Below, one piece after another: positions 28,458 through 38,156 of a stretch of DNA of 64,000 nt; position 1 is the first letter of the stretch, and every line of letters begins with the position of its first letter. The notes beneath the pieces were generated by a model, which saw nothing but the letters and a program-made list of their open reading frames with translations, was not told the DNA's origin and searched no databases. Position numbers and translations under genes: made by a program. The stretch covers positions 1,664,001 to 1,728,000 of the forward strand of contig CAVWPA010000003.1 in assembly GCA_963756875.1 (NCBI GenBank), given 5' to 3'. Origin of the DNA: an uncultured Verrucomicrobiae bacterium. Its GTDB lineage: Bacteria > Verrucomicrobiota > Verrucomicrobiia > Chthoniobacterales > UBA10450.

Positions 28458-29450
28458 CTAATTGACTGGCGGCGAGGCTGCCACTTGTTTTGGCATCGCC
28501 CTCGGAGAGGCCGATCCATCTGCCCCCCGCTTCGGCAAGTCGGGATCGAGGAAGCCAAGCATGTGCGCACGCTTGATCGTGCGGACGCCTTCCTTTTTTT
28601 GCAGCTCAGTGATGCTCCGGCGAAACGTTTCCATCTTGATCCAATGCACTTTCGGCCGGAAATGGTGCTCGGCGTGGTAGCCGTTGTAGAAAAAGAGCCA
28701 ATTATAAATTTTGCCGTAGCTGCTTACGCCCCATGCAATCGGTTTGTCCGGATTCGCGCCGTAATGCCGGTAGTAGCCGTTCAGATAACTAAAGCAGTGA
28801 CCAAGATAAAAGAACGGCAGGAAAAAGAGCATGAAACGCCAGTTGATGAAGTGGATTGGATTCGTGGGTACGATCAGCGCCATCGTAAGAAGGGCCGTCA
28901 CAAACGCGGCAAGTTCGGCGTTGCCCCATAGCAATTCCGTGCGGCCGCGCTTGGCCAGTTCGCGCTTGATCACGCCGGGATTATCGCGAAAGAAGCCCAG
29001 GAAAACATAAGCCCAGGGATTCTCGGCTTCGCCGTCATGGCCGTGGCGGTAGATCGACAACCAGTCGATAGTATCGCCATTCTCATCCTGCCGGTCCGAA
29101 TTGCCCTTATGATGCTGCATGTGAACGACATCGTAGTAGGTCTGCGAAAAACAACAGGCGATCGACTGGGTAATTCCGAACAAGTGGTTGAGGAGCGTGG
29201 AGCGGAAGAACGGGTTATGAATGAAATTATGACCCACGCCGTTGATGTTGGCGTTGACCATCAGGGAATAGATGAATCCGAGGATCAGCATTATCCAGAG
29301 GGGCGCGTGGGGGAAAAGGAAGTAGAGGCCGAACAAATAGACGAGATGAAACAGGCCGGCCAGGGCGGGGACCGCGTCCCAGCGGGTATGGGCAAAAAGC
29401 CTGGAATTCGTCGTCGGGCGCTCAACTGGAATAACGTCGGCGGCAGTCAT
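28458..29450 (-). CDS. Membrane fatty acid desaturase family protein
   Basis: His boxes HNFIH, HMQHH, YHAEHH. Confidence 0.85.
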   Translation of the reverse strand: MTAADVIPVERPTTNSRLFAHTRWDAVPALAGLFHLVYLFGLYFLFPHAPLWIMLILGFIYSLMVNANINGVGHNFIHNPFFRSTLLNHLFGITQSIACCFSQTYYDVVHMQHHKGNSDRQDENGDTIDWLSIYRHGHDGEAENPWAYVFLGFFRDNPGVIKRELAKRGRTELLWGNAELAAFVTALLTMALIVPTNPIHFINWRFMLFFLPFFYLGHCFSYLNGYYRHYGANPDKPIAWGVSSYGKIYNWLFFYNGYHAEHHFRPKVHWIKMETFRRSITELQKKEGVRTIKRAHMLGFLDPDLPKRGADGSASPRAMPKQVAASPPVN

Positions 29451-29554
29451 AAGCTAGGGGATCAGAAGCGAGAAATTAATCGCGGAAAAAACGGGTCTTG
29501 GCAAGTTTTGAAGATTGCCAACGTCATTCGCGCACGCCTAAGTTAGCTGCCCAA

Positions 29555-30520
29555 ATGTTTGCGCGTCAGCCCGAAATGAAGGTCTTTAGCGGCTCAGCGA
29601 ACCTCGAGCTCGCGAAACGCATCTGTAATTATATCGGCGTCGCGCTCGGAGAAGCGACGATCAGCTCGTTTCCCGACGGCGAGACCTACGTCAAGATCGA
29701 GGAAAACATCCGCGGTCGCGACGTTTTTATTATTCAGCCGACCTGTCCGCCAACGAATCAACATTTGATGGAGCTGCTCATCATGGTGGATGCCGCCCGG
29801 CGCGCCAGTGCGGACCGGATCACGGCTGTTATTCCGTTTTTTGGGTATGCCCGGCAGGACCGTAAAGACCAGCCGCGCGTCCCGATTACCGCGAAACTGG
29901 TGGCCAATCTTCTCGTGGCGTCCGGTGTGCACCGGGTGCTGACGATGGATTTGCATGCGCAGCAGGTGCAGGGGTTTTTCGACATCCCGGTGGATCACCT
30001 CTATTCGCTACCGGTTTTGATCAAATACCTTCGTCAGCGGCTTACTCGAAAGACAGTGGTCGTTTCCCCGGACGTGGGCGGGTTGAAAATGGCCTCGGCG
30101 TATTCGCACGCTTTAGGGGCAGGCCTGGCGATCGTGGCGAAGCAGCGCAAGAGCGCCACCGAAACGGAAGCGCTCTACCTGATTGGCGATGTTGAGGACT
30201 CCGACGTGCTCCTGGTGGACGACCTTACCGAGACAGCTGGCACATTGACATCGGCGGCGGAACTGCTGCGAAAACGCGGTGCCCTGAAGATTTATGCGGG
30301 TGTTTCGCACGCCGTTCTGGTCGACGTTGCGATTCCGCGGTTGCAAAAGTCGAAAATCGAGGAATTAATTACTACGAACAGCACGCCTGTGCGGCCGGTG
30401 GAAGGGTTTAAAACCACGGTGCTTTGCGTCTCCGAGATGCTCGGGGAGGGGATGAAGCGGATTCACAACGCTGAATCTGTGTCGTCGCTGTTCAAGATCG
30501 ACGAGGAAGCAAATGGCTAA
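29555..30520 (+). CDS. prs: Ribose-phosphate pyrophosphokinase
   Basis: FPDGE, YARQDRK, DLHAQQ, VSPDVGG, VDDLTETAGT. Confidence 0.96.
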   Translation: MFARQPEMKVFSGSANLELAKRICNYIGVALGEATISSFPDGETYVKIEENIRGRDVFIIQPTCPPTNQHLMELLIMVDAARRASADRITAVIPFFGYARQDRKDQPRVPITAKLVANLLVASGVHRVLTMDLHAQQVQGFFDIPVDHLYSLPVLIKYLRQRLTRKTVVVSPDVGGLKMASAYSHALGAGLAIVAKQRKSATETEALYLIGDVEDSDVLLVDDLTETAGTLTSAAELLRKRGALKIYAGVSHAVLVDVAIPRLQKSKIEELITTNSTPVRPVEGFKTTVLCVSEMLGEGMKRIHNAESVSSLFKIDEEANG

Positions 30521-31235
30521 ACAAGTTAAACTTAAGGCGGAACCCCGCACCGCGACCGGACGCTCGGCTGTGCGCAAATTGAAGGCGCGCGGCATTGTTC
30601 CGGCAATCATTTATGGTGGTAAGGAAAAAGCGCAATCGCTGCAACTTTCCGCCCGCGACATCAACGTGATGCTCAGTCATGCGTCGGGTGAGAACATTTT
30701 GGTTGAGCTCGAGATTGATGGGGAGAAAGCGAAACGAACCGCGCTGGTTCAGGAAGTCCAGCATTCGCCTCTGGGCGGCGATGTGATGCACGTCGATTTT
30801 CACGCTGTCTCGATGGATGAAACCATTGAGGCCGATGTGCCATTGGAGCCGACCGGCACGGCTACCGGGGTGAAGAATTTCGGAGGCTTGCTCGAACAGA
30901 ATTTACGTGTCCTTTCCGTGGAGTGTCTGCCGGCAGATCTGCCCGACCGGATCACCGTCGATATCTCTGCGCTCAATATCGGCGATTCCATTCATGTGCG
31001 GGACATTCCATTGCCGCCTCGGGTCACTTTAAAGGTGCACCCGGATCTGACCGCGTTCTCCGTTGTCGCGCCAGTGGTGGAAGAGGAGCCGGTTGCCGCT
31101 GCGACCGAAGCTGTGGCTGCCGGGCCGGAAGTGATCAAGGAAAAGAAGGAAGAGGGCGAGGCTGCCGCACCGGGAGCGAAAGAGGGTTCTTCCAAAGAAA
31201 AAGCTGCTCCGAAGGAAAAAGAGCAGAAGAAATAA
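30513..31235 (+). CDS. rplY: 50S ribosomal protein L25/Ctc
   Basis: GIVPAIIYG, HVDF, long C-terminal domain; prs-rplY-pth synteny. Confidence 0.95.
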   Translation: MAKQVKLKAEPRTATGRSAVRKLKARGIVPAIIYGGKEKAQSLQLSARDINVMLSHASGENILVELEIDGEKAKRTALVQEVQHSPLGGDVMHVDFHAVSMDETIEADVPLEPTGTATGVKNFGGLLEQNLRVLSVECLPADLPDRITVDISALNIGDSIHVRDIPLPPRVTLKVHPDLTAFSVVAPVVEEEPVAAATEAVAAGPEVIKEKKEEGEAAAPGAKEGSSKEKAAPKEKEQKK

Positions 31236-31283
31236 TTGGAACTGCGCTGGTGGCTCGCTCGCTCCGCGACGCGATGTTAAGCA

Positions 31284-31874
31284 ATGGCGGAGGCCACAAA
31301 TTCATCGGCGCAGGTTCGCCTGGTTGCAGGTTTGGGTAATCCCGGCCCGGAGTACGCTGCGGCCCGCCACAACGTTGGCTTTCTGGTCGTGGACCGGCTC
31401 GCGGCACAACTGGGAGTAACCTGGCAAAAATCGGCGAAGTGGGGAGCGGTTACTGCAAAGTCGGGAAATGCCCTTCTCATTAAGCCAATGACTTATATGA
31501 ACCGCAGCGGCGAACCCCTGCGAGCGGTAGCGGATTTTTACAAGATCGGGCCCTCGGAAATTCTTGTTGTGCTGGACGACCTCGCATTGCCGCTGGGGCG
31601 CGTCCGGCTGCGCGCCGAAGGCGGTACAGGTGGTCACAACGGCATGGAATCGATTCTGGCTCATTTTGGCACGGAACAGGTGCCGCGACTGCGTATCGGG
31701 ATCGGGGCCGCGCCGCGCGAAGGAGCGACAGATTACGTGCTGGGTCAGTTTTTCGATGAAGAGAAGCCGCTGGTCAGGTCCGCGGTCGATCGCGCGGTCG
31801 AGGCGGTGAAATGCGCGATTGACAAAGGCCTTGTTTCCGCGATGAACACTTTCAACAAAACCGAAGAAACATGA
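31284..31874 (+). CDS. pth: Peptidyl-tRNA hydrolase
   Basis: GLGNPG...RHNVG, KPMTYMNRSG, GGHNG. Confidence 0.96.
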   Translation: MAEATNSSAQVRLVAGLGNPGPEYAAARHNVGFLVVDRLAAQLGVTWQKSAKWGAVTAKSGNALLIKPMTYMNRSGEPLRAVADFYKIGPSEILVVLDDLALPLGRVRLRAEGGTGGHNGMESILAHFGTEQVPRLRIGIGAAPREGATDYVLGQFFDEEKPLVRSAVDRAVEAVKCAIDKGLVSAMNTFNKTEET

Positions 31875-32209
31875 AAAATCGCTACGAAGCGCTAATCGTC
31901 CTTAACACGCAGGGCAAGGAAGAGACGGTCAAGGACATTGTCGACCGACTCGAATCCGAGTTTCAAAAAGAAGGCGCCGAGATCGAGCTGATCCAAAAGA
32001 TGGATAAGCGCCAGTTTTCCTATGTGGCAGGCCCGCTCGACGCCGGCTTCTATGTAAACTTTGTCTTTCACTGCGATCCGCAGCTGATCGCCAAGCTCCA
32101 GGCAAAATTCAAGCTCGATCCCGAAGTGTATCGGCAGCATTACCAGCGACTGCGCCAGAAGAAAGAGAAGAAGGAAAAGCCTGCGAAAAAGTTGGCGAGA
32201 GCCAAGTGA
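31871..32209 (+). CDS. rpsF: 30S ribosomal protein S6
   Basis: RYEALIVL, KRQFSY, GFYV; precedes ssb. Confidence 0.9.
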   Translation: MKNRYEALIVLNTQGKEETVKDIVDRLESEFQKEGAEIELIQKMDKRQFSYVAGPLDAGFYVNFVFHCDPQLIAKLQAKFKLDPEVYRQHYQRLRQKKEKKEKPAKKLARAK

Positions 32210-32227
32210 TTTGATTATAACCGGCCC

Positions 32228-32686
32228 ATGGCGAGCTTTAATAAAGTCATTCTTCTTGGAAATCTCACGCGCGACCCGGAGGTGCGCTACACACCGAAAG
32301 GCAGCGCGGTTTGCGATCTCGGTATTGCTGTAAACCGGCAATACACGCTCGATAGCGGCGAGAAGCGTGAAGAAGTCACTTACGTCGATGTTGTTCTGTG
32401 GGCGCGCCTGGCGGAGATCGCCGGCGAATATTTAAAGAAGGGTCGGCCTATTTTTATAGAAGGCCGGCTGCAAATGGACACCTGGGACGATAAGCAGACC
32501 GGACAGAAGCGAAGTAAACTCCGCGTGATCGGCGAAACCATGCAATTGCTCGGGAGCCGTCCTCAGGGGGCTGCGGGTGCCGATTCCGAAGGCGGGGGAG
32601 GGACGCGGCCTCAAAAAGCGGCGGCGCCACCGCCGCCCAAATCGTCCGGGACCGCCGAGCCGGACGACGACGAGATCCCGTTTTGA
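32228..32686 (+). CDS. ssb: Single-stranded DNA-binding protein
   Basis: NKVILLGNLTRDPE, C-terminal DDDEIPF. Confidence 0.97.
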   Translation: MASFNKVILLGNLTRDPEVRYTPKGSAVCDLGIAVNRQYTLDSGEKREEVTYVDVVLWARLAEIAGEYLKKGRPIFIEGRLQMDTWDDKQTGQKRSKLRVIGETMQLLGSRPQGAAGADSEGGGGTRPQKAAAPPPPKSSGTAEPDDDEIPF

Positions 32687-32687
32687 T

Positions 32688-32790
32688 TGTGGCATCGGCA
32701 TCTTGCCGATGGTCCGAGCGGACGGGCGCTGCTGCGTGGGTTGGCCTCCGGCTTGTAGGAGCCTGCGGCTCGGAGAGAAGCCCATGCCAC
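32688..32790. repeat. GTGG-variant REP-like element
   Basis: TGTGGCATCGGCATCTTGCCGATG ... AAGCCCATGCCAC. Confidence 0.55.
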
Positions 32791-32799
32791 TGTCTTTGA

Positions 32800-33900
32800 A
32801 TGAACGCGACCGAAGCTTGCATCGCGCTAAACATGCTGCCGACAGTCGGACCGGTGCGGCTGCGGAAACTGCTTCAGGTTTTCAAGGAGCCGCCGCAAAT
32901 CCTGTCCGCTAAACGCACTGAGCTGCGCAGAGTTGAGGGAATTGGAAACGAAGTCGCAGATCAAATTTCCAACTGGGAATCAATCGTCGATCTACCAGCC
33001 GAATTGGAACGAATTCGCGATTTCGGCGCGACAGTGATCACCCAGCAATCGCCCTCCTATCCCGCGTCGTTACGTGAAATTCATGCGCCGCCGATCGTCC
33101 TGTATGTCTGGGGCGAACTACAGGAACGCGATCAGCACGCCATCGGCATCATCGGCTCAAGGCGGACGACGCATTACGGGGCGGAATCGGCCAAGAAACT
33201 GGCTTATCAGCTTGCCTACGCGGGATTGACGGTGATCAGCGGCCTGGCGCGCGGAATTGATACGGCTGCCCACCAGGGGGCGCTGGCTGCAAAAGGAAGA
33301 ACGATCGCCGTAATCGGCTCGGGGCTGTTGAAATTATATCCGCCGGAGAATCGCGGCCTCGCGGAAAAAATTTGCAACGGCAACGGCGCGGTTGTGTCTG
33401 AGTTCTCGATGGAGATCGAACCGGACCGTCAAACCTTTCCGATGCGCAACCGAATTATTTCGGGTTGGAGTCACGGCGTGCTTGTTGTCGAGGCGGGCCT
33501 GAATAGCGGTGCGCTCATCACCGCCTCTCAGGCGCTGGAGCAAGGCCGCTCGGTTTACGCGGTCCCCGGTCACATTAACGCGCCGAGCGCGATGGGATCC
33601 AACCGGCTCATCCAGCAGGGCGCCAAGCTGGTCATGGACGCGAGCGATATTCTCGACGATCTGCAGATTTTGTTACCCGACGCAAAACCTTCACCTCAGG
33701 CTGCCGTGCGGCCCTTGCCGCCGCTCTCGGAGGAAGAGCGGCGAGTCTATGACGCAATCGAGGCGGCGGAAACGCCGATCGATCAGATCGCCGCGAAATG
33801 CGATTTGCCAAGCGCGACGGTCTCTTCTACTCTCCTGCGCCTCGAGCTGAGGCGGCTCGTCAAGCAGTTGCCCGGAAAATATTTCGTGAAACTGTCTTAA
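32800..33900 (+). CDS. dprA: DNA-processing protein DprA
   Basis: IIGSR, SGLARGIDTAAH, FPMRNRIISG, VVEA..SGALITA. Confidence 0.95.
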   Translation: MNATEACIALNMLPTVGPVRLRKLLQVFKEPPQILSAKRTELRRVEGIGNEVADQISNWESIVDLPAELERIRDFGATVITQQSPSYPASLREIHAPPIVLYVWGELQERDQHAIGIIGSRRTTHYGAESAKKLAYQLAYAGLTVISGLARGIDTAAHQGALAAKGRTIAVIGSGLLKLYPPENRGLAEKICNGNGAVVSEFSMEIEPDRQTFPMRNRIISGWSHGVLVVEAGLNSGALITASQALEQGRSVYAVPGHINAPSAMGSNRLIQQGAKLVMDASDILDDLQILLPDAKPSPQAAVRPLPPLSEEERRVYDAIEAAETPIDQIAAKCDLPSATVSSTLLRLELRRLVKQLPGKYFVKLS

Positions 33901-33947
33901 GCTCGTCCGCGATCTGCTCTCAGCGTTCGCAAGGCGTTCATTTTCAA

Positions 33948-36452
33948 ATGTCTAAATCGTTAATCATCGCGGAGAAGCCAAGCGTAGCGAGTGACCTCGC
34001 TCGCGCCCTCGGCGGTTTTAAGAAGGAAGGCGATCATTTCGAAAATGACCGCTACATCATCTCCTCGGCGGTCGGGCATCTGGTCGAACTCTGTTTGCCC
34101 AGCGAGCTCGATGTTAAAAGGGGCAAGTGGAGCTTCGCGAATCTCCCAATCATTCCGGACGTGTTTGAACTGAGGCCGATCGACAAGAAGACATCCAGAC
34201 AGAGTCCGGAGCAGAGGCTCAAAATGCTTCTTCGTCTGGCGCGGCGGCCGGACGTAACCGACCTGATCAACGCTTGTGATGCCGGCCGCGAGGGCGAACT
34301 GATTTTTAAGAACATCACCAAATACGGGAAAATCAATAAGCCCGTTCGGCGCCTCTGGTTGCAGTCGATGACGAAGGAATCGATTCTTTCAGGCTTCGAA
34401 AATCTTCGCCGGGACGAGGAAATGATTCCGCTGTCCCAGGCAGCGGTCTGCCGTTCCGAAAGCGATTGGCTGGTCGGGATCAATGGCACCCGCGCCATGA
34501 CCGCTTTTAATAATAAGACGGGCGGCTTTCAATTGACGCCGGTCGGCCGCGTGCAAACGCCGACGCTTGCCATTCTTTCGGAGCGGGAAGAGAAGATCCA
34601 CGAGTTCGCGCCGCGCCCCTATTTTGAAGTCTTTGCCGATTTCGAGGTAAAATCGGGAACCTATCGCGGGCGATGGTTTCGCGAAGATTTCGCCAAGAAC
34701 AGTGATGAAGATGCGCGGGCGGAGCGCATCTGGGACAAGGCGTCGGCGCAAGAAATCCGCGATCGTTGCCTTGGGAAGTCCGGCATTGCTACAGAAGAGC
34801 GCAAACCGACTACGCAAGCGCCGCCTTTGCTCTACGACCTGACCAGTTTACAGCGCGAAGCGAACGGTCGCTATCATCTCAGTGCGCGCCGCACCCTCCA
34901 AATCGCACAGGCCCTTTACGAGAAGCACAAGGTGCTCACTTATCCGCGCACGGATTCGCGTTATCTCCCGGAGGACAATCTCGGGCAGGTGCGCAAAGTC
35001 ATGTCGAGCTTTCAAGACCCGACCTTGGCCGGTCACGCCGAAAAAGCGTTGCGCAACGATTGGGTGAAACCGACCAAGCGTGTTTTTAACAACGCCAAAG
35101 TAAGCGACCACCATGCCATCATCCCGACTGGAGCTTCCGCCAGCCACCTGGACGAGTTTGAGCGCAAGATCTTTGACATGGTCGCGCGCCGCACCATTGC
35201 CGTTTTCTATCCCGCCGCGCAGTTTGAAGTAACGACCCGTATCACCCGCGTCGAGGGCCAGCCGTTCCGGACCGATGGAAAAATCATTGTCGATCCCGGC
35301 TGGCAGGCCGTCTATGGCAAGGGATCGACGGGGAATGACGACGAAAAAGCGATCGTGCCTATTTCCCCTAACGAATCGGCCAAGGTTATTGATTTGGAGA
35401 TTAAGGACAACGAGACGAAACCGCCGGCGCGCTTCAACGAAGCCACCCTGCTCTCCGCCATGGAAGGCGCAGGCAAACTCGTGGAGGATGAAGAACTGCG
35501 CGATGCCATGCGCGAGAAAGGCCTTGGAACTCCTGCCACGCGCGCCGCCATCATCGAAGGCCTGATTGCGCAGGATTATATTCTTCGCCAGGGTCGCGAT
35601 CTGATCGCCACCGCCAAGGGGCTCGCCCTCATCACGCTGCTGCGCGGTATTGGTATATCCGAGCTTTGTTCGCCGGAGATGACGGGCGAATGGGAATACA
35701 AACTCAAGCGCATGGCCAAAGGCGACATGGAGCGCAATGAGTTCATGAAGGGAATAAGGAAGTTCACACGCGAGATCGTCGAGAAAGCGAAGAATTTCGA
35801 GGGCGATAATGTCGGTGGTAATTTCGAAGTTCTGGACGTCACGTGTCCCAAGTGCGGCGCGGGCCCCTTCGATGAGGATTACCGCACCTTCAAATGCCGA
35901 TCGTGCGGCCTAATGATTTGGAAGACAATGGCCGGGCGGCTGTTTGAACGCTCGGAGATAGAGAAGCTCCTGCAAGAGAGGCGCATCGGTCCGCTGGAAG
36001 GTTTTCGCAGTAAAATGGGCCGCAAATTCGCGGCACCGGTAAAGCTGGGTGAAGACTTCAAACAGGAATTCGATTTCGGTGAAAACGGTCATGATGCGCC
36101 GGTCCAAATCGATGCGGCAAAACATGAGTCGCTCGGAACGTGTCCGATTTGCCACAAGGGGCAGGTCTACGTGCTCGATCGGGCTTACGCGTGCGAAAAC
36201 GCTGTTTCTGCCGCAAAGACTTGCACCTTTCGCATCAGCAAAACCATTCTGCATCGTGAAATTCCGAAAGAACAGGTGCAAAAGTTGATCGCGACCGGCA
36301 AGACCGATCTCCTTCCAAAGTTCGTGTCAAAAAAAGGCCGGCCGTTCTCCGCTCACTTGAAATTGGAAAATGGCAAGGTCGGGTTCGAGTTTGCCGAAAG
36401 AAAGCCGCGTGGAAAAAAGCAGGGTGGGAAATCCGTGGCAGCGGCTGCGTGA
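33948..36452 (+). CDS. topB: Type IA DNA topoisomerase, topoisomerase III-like with C-terminal zinc-ribbon repeats
   Basis: IAEKPS, NACDAGREGELIF, GRVQTPT, catalytic LTYPRTDS, GLGTPATRA; ATG at 33948. Confidence 0.85.
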   Translation: MSKSLIIAEKPSVASDLARALGGFKKEGDHFENDRYIISSAVGHLVELCLPSELDVKRGKWSFANLPIIPDVFELRPIDKKTSRQSPEQRLKMLLRLARRPDVTDLINACDAGREGELIFKNITKYGKINKPVRRLWLQSMTKESILSGFENLRRDEEMIPLSQAAVCRSESDWLVGINGTRAMTAFNNKTGGFQLTPVGRVQTPTLAILSEREEKIHEFAPRPYFEVFADFEVKSGTYRGRWFREDFAKNSDEDARAERIWDKASAQEIRDRCLGKSGIATEERKPTTQAPPLLYDLTSLQREANGRYHLSARRTLQIAQALYEKHKVLTYPRTDSRYLPEDNLGQVRKVMSSFQDPTLAGHAEKALRNDWVKPTKRVFNNAKVSDHHAIIPTGASASHLDEFERKIFDMVARRTIAVFYPAAQFEVTTRITRVEGQPFRTDGKIIVDPGWQAVYGKGSTGNDDEKAIVPISPNESAKVIDLEIKDNETKPPARFNEATLLSAMEGAGKLVEDEELRDAMREKGLGTPATRAAIIEGLIAQDYILRQGRDLIATAKGLALITLLRGIGISELCSPEMTGEWEYKLKRMAKGDMERNEFMKGIRKFTREIVEKAKNFEGDNVGGNFEVLDVTCPKCGAGPFDEDYRTFKCRSCGLMIWKTMAGRLFERSEIEKLLQERRIGPLEGFRSKMGRKFAAPVKLGEDFKQEFDFGENGHDAPVQIDAAKHESLGTCPICHKGQVYVLDRAYACENAVSAAKTCTFRISKTILHREIPKEQVQKLIATGKTDLLPKFVSKKGRPFSAHLKLENGKVGFEFAERKPRGKKQGGKSVAAAA

Positions 36453-36572
36453 CCGCACCTTGCGAGAGATCCTCCTCTCCCTGAGGGCGAGGACTGAGGT
36501 GAGGGCTCGCGCTTCGGATCCAGCGAACAATTGCGGTCGTAATTGAGCCGGCAAAATCTCCTCTGGAATTGA

Positions 36573-36600
36573 TTGACGCCACAAGGTGTAGTGTGATACT
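36573..36600 (+). promoter_or_regulatory. Putative nrdR promoter with an NrdR-box-like site in the spacer
   Basis: TTGACG (36573) ... GATACT (36595); CCACAAGGTGTAGTGT at 36579-36594. Confidence 0.55.
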
Positions 36601-36615
36601 TACTCGAGTACCACT

Positions 36616-37182
36616 ATGCGTTGCCCCAAGTGCGGGTCTCGTGACGATAAGGTCATCGATTCACGCCAATCTCGGGATAGTTCCAGTATCCGGCGCCGTC
36701 GCGAATGCATCAGCTGCGGTTATCGCTTTACTACCTACGAGGAGATCGAGCGCTCCGACCTGCGCGTGGTGAAGCGCGACCGAACCCACGAGCCGTTTGA
36801 TCGGCGCAAACTGGCGAGCAGCATCGCCAAGGCTTTTGAAAAACGCGCGGTCAGTTTGGTTACGCTGGAACAGGTCGTCGATGAAATCGTGCATGAATTG
36901 GAGACCGGCGGGCGCGAGATTTCATCGTCGCAAATCGGCACCAAGGTGCTGGAGAAGTTGCGCGAGATCGACGAGGTAGCCTATTTGCGTTACGCGTCGG
37001 TGCATCGGCACTTTGCGGATGTCGACGAATTTGTTGATGCCATTCACGCGCTGGGCCGTCGAGTAAAGACCAATGCGGCGCAGCGGGAGCTTTTTCCGCC
37101 GGAGCAGAGCGGGCAGGGCCAGGTGGATCCCGTATCTGCGGGCCGGCACGAGGTCGTAAACAAAAACCATGGTAGCGTTTAA
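36616..37182 (+). CDS. nrdR: Transcriptional repressor NrdR
   Basis: MRCPKC...RRRREC..C..RFTTYE zinc ribbon; ATP-cone VVKRD...FDRRK; VAYLRYASV. Confidence 0.96.
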   Translation: MRCPKCGSRDDKVIDSRQSRDSSSIRRRRECISCGYRFTTYEEIERSDLRVVKRDRTHEPFDRRKLASSIAKAFEKRAVSLVTLEQVVDEIVHELETGGREISSSQIGTKVLEKLREIDEVAYLRYASVHRHFADVDEFVDAIHALGRRVKTNAAQRELFPPEQSGQGQVDPVSAGRHEVVNKNHGSV

Positions 37183-37726
37183 GGAAGAGTTCCCATATCT
37201 GCGCTGCGATTCCGGGCAGCTTTTCGAATTCAATCGCGATTGGCTGCATGCGGCGATTACACGCGCTGCCGACAAAGCCGGTTATCCGAGCTGGTGGCTG
37301 ACGGACCACGTAACGGAAAGCATCGCTTTCTATTTGCGGCTGCGAAACGACGAGAACGTGGTCGCGTTCAGTCAACTCGCACAAACGGTGCAATACGTCC
37401 TGAAAGTGATCGGCTACAAGGAAATCGTTCCCTATTTCACACCGGCGCCTCCGCCGATTTCGATTTCGTTACTCGATATCGCGCATGAAGCCGGCATGGG
37501 TTATGAGCTCGCTTTTTTCGATTTGTTGGAAAAGCGGATCCAGGCGCTGCTGGAAACCGGTGTCGATAATTTAAAGCTTTGTTCTCTGCAAACATGTGTG
37601 AAACATCTGCGCAGCGTTAAAGTTTGGACCCGCACATGCGATTCTTTACGCGAAGAAATTGTCTGCTTTATTCGTGAACGCCTGACTTCGACCAGCAGCG
37701 AACGGTTGAAATGTTCCCTGCGGTGA
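37169..37726 (+). CDS. Hypothetical protein with degenerate ATP-cone-like N-terminal domain
   Basis: LRCDSGQLFEFNRDWLHAAITRAA...VQYVLKVIGYKEIVPYF; overlaps the nrdR end. Confidence 0.7.
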   Translation: MVAFKEEFPYLRCDSGQLFEFNRDWLHAAITRAADKAGYPSWWLTDHVTESIAFYLRLRNDENVVAFSQLAQTVQYVLKVIGYKEIVPYFTPAPPPISISLLDIAHEAGMGYELAFFDLLEKRIQALLETGVDNLKLCSLQTCVKHLRSVKVWTRTCDSLREEIVCFIRERLTSTSSERLKCSLR

Positions 37727-37759
37727 TCTTTGGTAGCTGATATTCGATCTCCGATTGCC

Positions 37760-38098
37760 ATGACCATCTTTGAAAAGATCATCGCGCGCGAAATTCCGGC
37801 AAAAATTATTTGGGAAGACGATGACGCCATTGCCTTTCACGACGTCAATCCGCAGGCGCCTGTGCATGTTCTCATTGTTCCCAAGCGCGCCATTCCGCGG
37901 CTGAGCGCAGCGAAACAGGCGGACGCGGCAGCTTTGGGCAAACTGCTCGTTGTCGCCGGGGATCTCGCGAAAAAACTTGGCATCGACAAAAGTGGTTACC
38001 GGGTCGTGATCAACAGCGGACCGGACGCTGGTGAAAGCGTGCCGCATTTGCATGTTCATTTGCTCGGAAAACGGGCGCTCGCCTGGCCTCCAGGCTGA
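37760..38098 (+). CDS. HIT family nucleotide-binding protein
   Basis: IFEKIIAREIP, PQAPVH, HLHVH triad. Confidence 0.93.
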   Translation: MTIFEKIIAREIPAKIIWEDDDAIAFHDVNPQAPVHVLIVPKRAIPRLSAAKQADAAALGKLLVVAGDLAKKLGIDKSGYRVVINSGPDAGESVPHLHVHLLGKRALAWPPG

Positions 38099-38156
38099 GA
38101 TTGCGACCTTCATTTTCACTGGCGCAAATTCATTCGTGGGTTAGAACGGACAAAGA

